Positions 60,910 to 64,000 of a stretch of DNA of 64,000 bases are shown here, in pieces. Location: positions 1-64,000 of the forward strand of contig JBAXJR010000003.1 in NCBI GenBank assembly GCA_037137755.1, read 5' to 3'. Numbering within the stretch: the stretch's first letter is position 1; each line of letters begins with the position of its first letter. The notes under the pieces were generated by a model. That model saw only the letters and a list, made by a program, of their open reading frames with translations. It did no database searches and had not been told where the DNA came from. The translations under genes were made by a program, and so were the position numbers. The stretch comes from Methanomicrobiales archaeon (GTDB lineage Archaea; Halobacteriota; Methanomicrobia; Methanomicrobiales; Methanospirillaceae).

Positions 60910-62736
60910 ATGAATATGTCCGGCCTGCTTTCCCCGAATTATTTTAAGGGTGTCATGAAGTCGATGGGGGTCGTCTTCGGTGACATTGGGACAAGTCCGA
61001 TATACACGCTTACCGTTATTTTCATACTGGTCCAGCCCAACATCCAGAACCTGGTCGGGATAATTTCGCTCATTATCTGGACCCTGACTATTCTTGTAAC
61101 GATCCAGTATGCATGGCTGGCAATGCAGCTGGGTAGGAAAGGCGAGGGAGGCACGATCGTGTTAAAGGAGATCATCCTCCCGATGCTTAAATCGGGTAGG
61201 GCCATCGCATTCTTTTCCCTTCTGGCAATTATTGGGGTATCTCTCCTGATTGGTGACGCGGTAATCACGCCTGCTATCAGTATTCTTTCAGCCGTGGAAG
61301 GCCTGAGGCTTATACCGGGAATTGGCGGGATTAACCAGAGTATCCTGGTTATTATTGCTGCGTTCATTGCGATCATACTCTTTTCCTTCCAGAAGAAAGG
61401 AACCGAAAAAGTTGCCTGGGCATTCGGGCCGATAATGGTCATATGGTTTACGATACTTGCAGTACTCGGGCTTTTCTACATCCTGCAGGCACCCGAAATT
61501 CTGCAGGCTCTAAATCCCTACTATGGAATCCATTTTATGGTATCGAATGGCATTACCGCCTTCTTCATCCTTTCACAGGTATTACTCTGTGCCACGGGAG
61601 GAGAAGCGTTATTTGCCGATATGGGCCAGCTGGGGAGAGATCCGATCCTCAAGGCATGGGGGGTCGTGTTTTGTGCCCTTGCAATTAATTATCTTGGCCA
61701 GGGTGCCTATCTTCTCCATCACCCGGAAGCGAAAAATATCCTTTTTGAGATGGCATATACTACTGCCCCCCTGCTCTATATCCCATTCCTGCTCCTTGCC
61801 GTTGTCGCTACGGTAATTGCCTCACAGGCGGTAATTTCCGGTATATTTTCCATTGTGTACCAGGGAATTACCACGCGTATTATTCCGCTCTTAAAAATTG
61901 ACTACACGTCGGCTGAGCTCCGATCGCAAATCTATATCGATTCCATAAACTGGTTCATGCTGCTTGCCGTGCTGTATATCCTGTTCCAGTTTGAATATTC
62001 CGAGCGCCTGGCTGCAGCATACGGGCTTGCCGTGATGGGGACGATGACCTTAACCGGTATTATGATCACCGCGATTTTCCTGCTAAAGAAGCAGTATATC
62101 CGTACTGCCATCGCATTTAGCGTACTCCTGGTGGACCTCGTATTCCTGTTCTCAACGACCTTCAAAATTCCGAACGGCGGGTACTGGTCATTGCTAATCG
62201 CGGCTATCCCGTTCACCCTGATCATGATATATATAAAAGGGCAGAAGCGGCTTTTTGCCGCAATGAACCCAATGGACCTCCCTGAATTCCGGGAACGATA
62301 TAATCATGTGTATACCCATGTGAAAAAAATCAAGGGGACCGCTCTCTTTTTCGCACGGGACGTCCAGAAGATCCCGAGTTATATCTCCCATACCATCTTC
62401 AATAACAACATCTTATACGATGACAATATTATCATCAGTCTTCACCAGCTCGACAACCCGTTCGGGGTGAACGGAAGTTTTGAGGAAGACCTGGAACCAG
62501 GGCTCCGGGTCTTCCGGATTGAATACGGGTATATGGAGATTATCAACATGCCGAAAATCCTCCGCGATGCCGATATAAGGGAGAAAACGATATTTTACGG
62601 GCTAGAGGAGATCGTCACTGATAACCTTGTATGGAAAATATTCTCTGCAATCAAACGGCTTTCCCCGTCATTTGTGCAATTCTACAAGTTACCCTCCCAT
62701 AAGATTCACGGTGTGGTAACCCGTATTGAAATGTAA
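60910..62736 (+). CDS. kup: KUP/HAK/KT potassium transporter
   Basis: GVVFGDIGTSPIY, GEGG, GDAVITPAISILSAVEG, EALFADMG and IASQAVISG. Confidence 0.96.
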   Translation: MNMSGLLSPNYFKGVMKSMGVVFGDIGTSPIYTLTVIFILVQPNIQNLVGIISLIIWTLTILVTIQYAWLAMQLGRKGEGGTIVLKEIILPMLKSGRAIAFFSLLAIIGVSLLIGDAVITPAISILSAVEGLRLIPGIGGINQSILVIIAAFIAIILFSFQKKGTEKVAWAFGPIMVIWFTILAVLGLFYILQAPEILQALNPYYGIHFMVSNGITAFFILSQVLLCATGGEALFADMGQLGRDPILKAWGVVFCALAINYLGQGAYLLHHPEAKNILFEMAYTTAPLLYIPFLLLAVVATVIASQAVISGIFSIVYQGITTRIIPLLKIDYTSAELRSQIYIDSINWFMLLAVLYILFQFEYSERLAAAYGLAVMGTMTLTGIMITAIFLLKKQYIRTAIAFSVLLVDLVFLFSTTFKIPNGGYWSLLIAAIPFTLIMIYIKGQKRLFAAMNPMDLPEFRERYNHVYTHVKKIKGTALFFARDVQKIPSYISHTIFNNNILYDDNIIISLHQLDNPFGVNGSFEEDLEPGLRVFRIEYGYMEIINMPKILRDADIREKTIFYGLEEIVTDNLVWKIFSAIKRLSPSFVQFYKLPSHKIHGVVTRIEM

Positions 62737-62767
62737 GGGAAGTATTTTTTTGGAGGTCTAACGAGAG

Positions 62768-63835
62768 ATGGACAAGTCCCAGGCCCGGTGGATATGGATA
62801 TCCGTAGCATTTTCAACCGTAGTACTGCTAATCGTCCTCGCCACGACCTTCGATGCAAATACACTCCTGGCAATTCTCAAACTCAATCTCTGGTTCCTGT
62901 TACTTGCCCTCCTGTTACGGGTAGCCTCCTTGTTGTTCTGGGCCCTGCGTGTCAGGACAATGTCAGGATCGCTTGGGTACAAGGTGAAATTCTCACACTG
63001 CTTCAACCTCGTTATCGCCAATCTCCTTGCCGGTGCAATTACCCCCGGGCAGGCAGGTGGGGAACCGGTCAGGATCCATGAATTATACAGGGCTGATGTT
63101 AAAATCGGCGATGCAACTGCGGTTGTTCTCATGGAACGTGTCCTCGATGGCGTGGTCCTGGTCATTATGGGAGTACTGGCGATGCTCCTCCTCCAGAGTA
63201 TCTGGAGAGGCTTGAACATCGCCCTGATTATAGGTATGTTTGTCGGCCTTGCCGTAATGATCGGGCTGATACTGCTGCTTTTCTACTCGGCAAGGAGACC
63301 TGAGCGTGTTAAAGTGTTTCTGACCCGTTTAATCACCTGGGCCGGTACCCGCTGGCAGGGAAAGACTATGCAGAAGGTTACGCGGTATGCTGACATGGAA
63401 ATGGACAATTTCTTTGCAAGCCTGCACCGTTTTACTACGAGCGGGCGGAAAGGTCTCATGTATGGTACGGTATTCACCACGTTATTCTGGGCATCCGAAT
63501 TTTTCGTTGCCTCCCTTCTCCTGCTCTCTCTTGGACAGTCTCCGTTTGTCGCTGAGTCCTACCTTTTCCAGTTGATTATCGCTATCGTTATGATGATCCC
63601 ACTGACACCAGGTTCATCGGGAATCGCAGAACTCTCGGCAACTTCACTCTATGCCCTGATTGTACCTGCATCGGTACTCGGGCTATTCGTACTTCTTTGG
63701 CGGTTACTCCTGTTCTATTTTAATATCATTGTCGGCCTTATGGCAAGCCTGAATATATTCAGGCGGGAACTTCGCATTAAAGATGAAAAAACAGCAGCAT
63801 CTGATCTACTGGTCCAGGAAACTGCCGATAAATAG
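62768..63835 (+). CDS. UPF0104 / lysylphosphatidylglycerol-synthase TM-like (flippase-like) membrane protein
   Basis: ITPGQAGGEPVR, ERVLD, IPLTPGSSGIAE and LLWRLL.Y. Confidence 0.9.
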   Translation: MDKSQARWIWISVAFSTVVLLIVLATTFDANTLLAILKLNLWFLLLALLLRVASLLFWALRVRTMSGSLGYKVKFSHCFNLVIANLLAGAITPGQAGGEPVRIHELYRADVKIGDATAVVLMERVLDGVVLVIMGVLAMLLLQSIWRGLNIALIIGMFVGLAVMIGLILLLFYSARRPERVKVFLTRLITWAGTRWQGKTMQKVTRYADMEMDNFFASLHRFTTSGRKGLMYGTVFTTLFWASEFFVASLLLLSLGQSPFVAESYLFQLIIAIVMMIPLTPGSSGIAELSATSLYALIVPASVLGLFVLLWRLLLFYFNIIVGLMASLNIFRRELRIKDEKTAASDLLVQETADK

Positions 63836-64000
63836 ACACGATGGGGTTCAACCAACTCCTTTCCCGACGCCTACTATGATATTCTTCGGCTGGGTTCAAA
63901 TAAAGAATTCACGAAAATTCCAGAAGTCTGGTCCTGGAATAACATAATCTACAACTATATCTGGATTTAAGGGGATTTCAAAGATGACTGTTTCAGGTTA

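Noticed and set aside
1-64000. CRISPR arrays, tRNA/rRNA genes, IS elements
   Set aside because: No regularly spaced repeats, cloverleaf signatures or transposase/integrase ORFs were recognised. A covariance-model scan would be needed to exclude small RNAs.

Overview
Archaeal chromosomal segment. A methanogen of the Methanomicrobiales type is inferred from gene content: archaeal histone, gatDE, rpl10e, Dph6, DUF2070/DUF555/DUF5350, and a fum-kor-suc reductive TCA block. Roughly 1-27 kb and 52-64 kb are mostly housekeeping. The centre (about 27.6-52.2 kb) is an accessory type IV pilus island. It holds eight class III signal-peptide (pilin-like) genes, most fused to different C-terminal adhesin modules (LamG, PKD/SdrD-B, IPT/TIG), including one tandem duplicate broken by a 2-bp insertion and an AT-rich block whose edge falls inside a gene. 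It also holds two toxin-antitoxin pairs, the pilus ATPase and platform genes, and a divergent inactive+active KaiC pair. Both ends of the island carry a copy of the same two-gene signalling module: a sensor ending in a His-less HisKA-like helical domain with no kinase domain, followed by a small inactive KaiC/RecA-fold protein. The left copy is intact and the right copy is decayed. A NitT/TauT ABC substrate-binding lipoprotein appears to be circularly permuted. I recognised no tRNA, rRNA, CRISPR array, integrase, transposase or reverse transcriptase. All calls come from reading motifs by eye; no searches were run.
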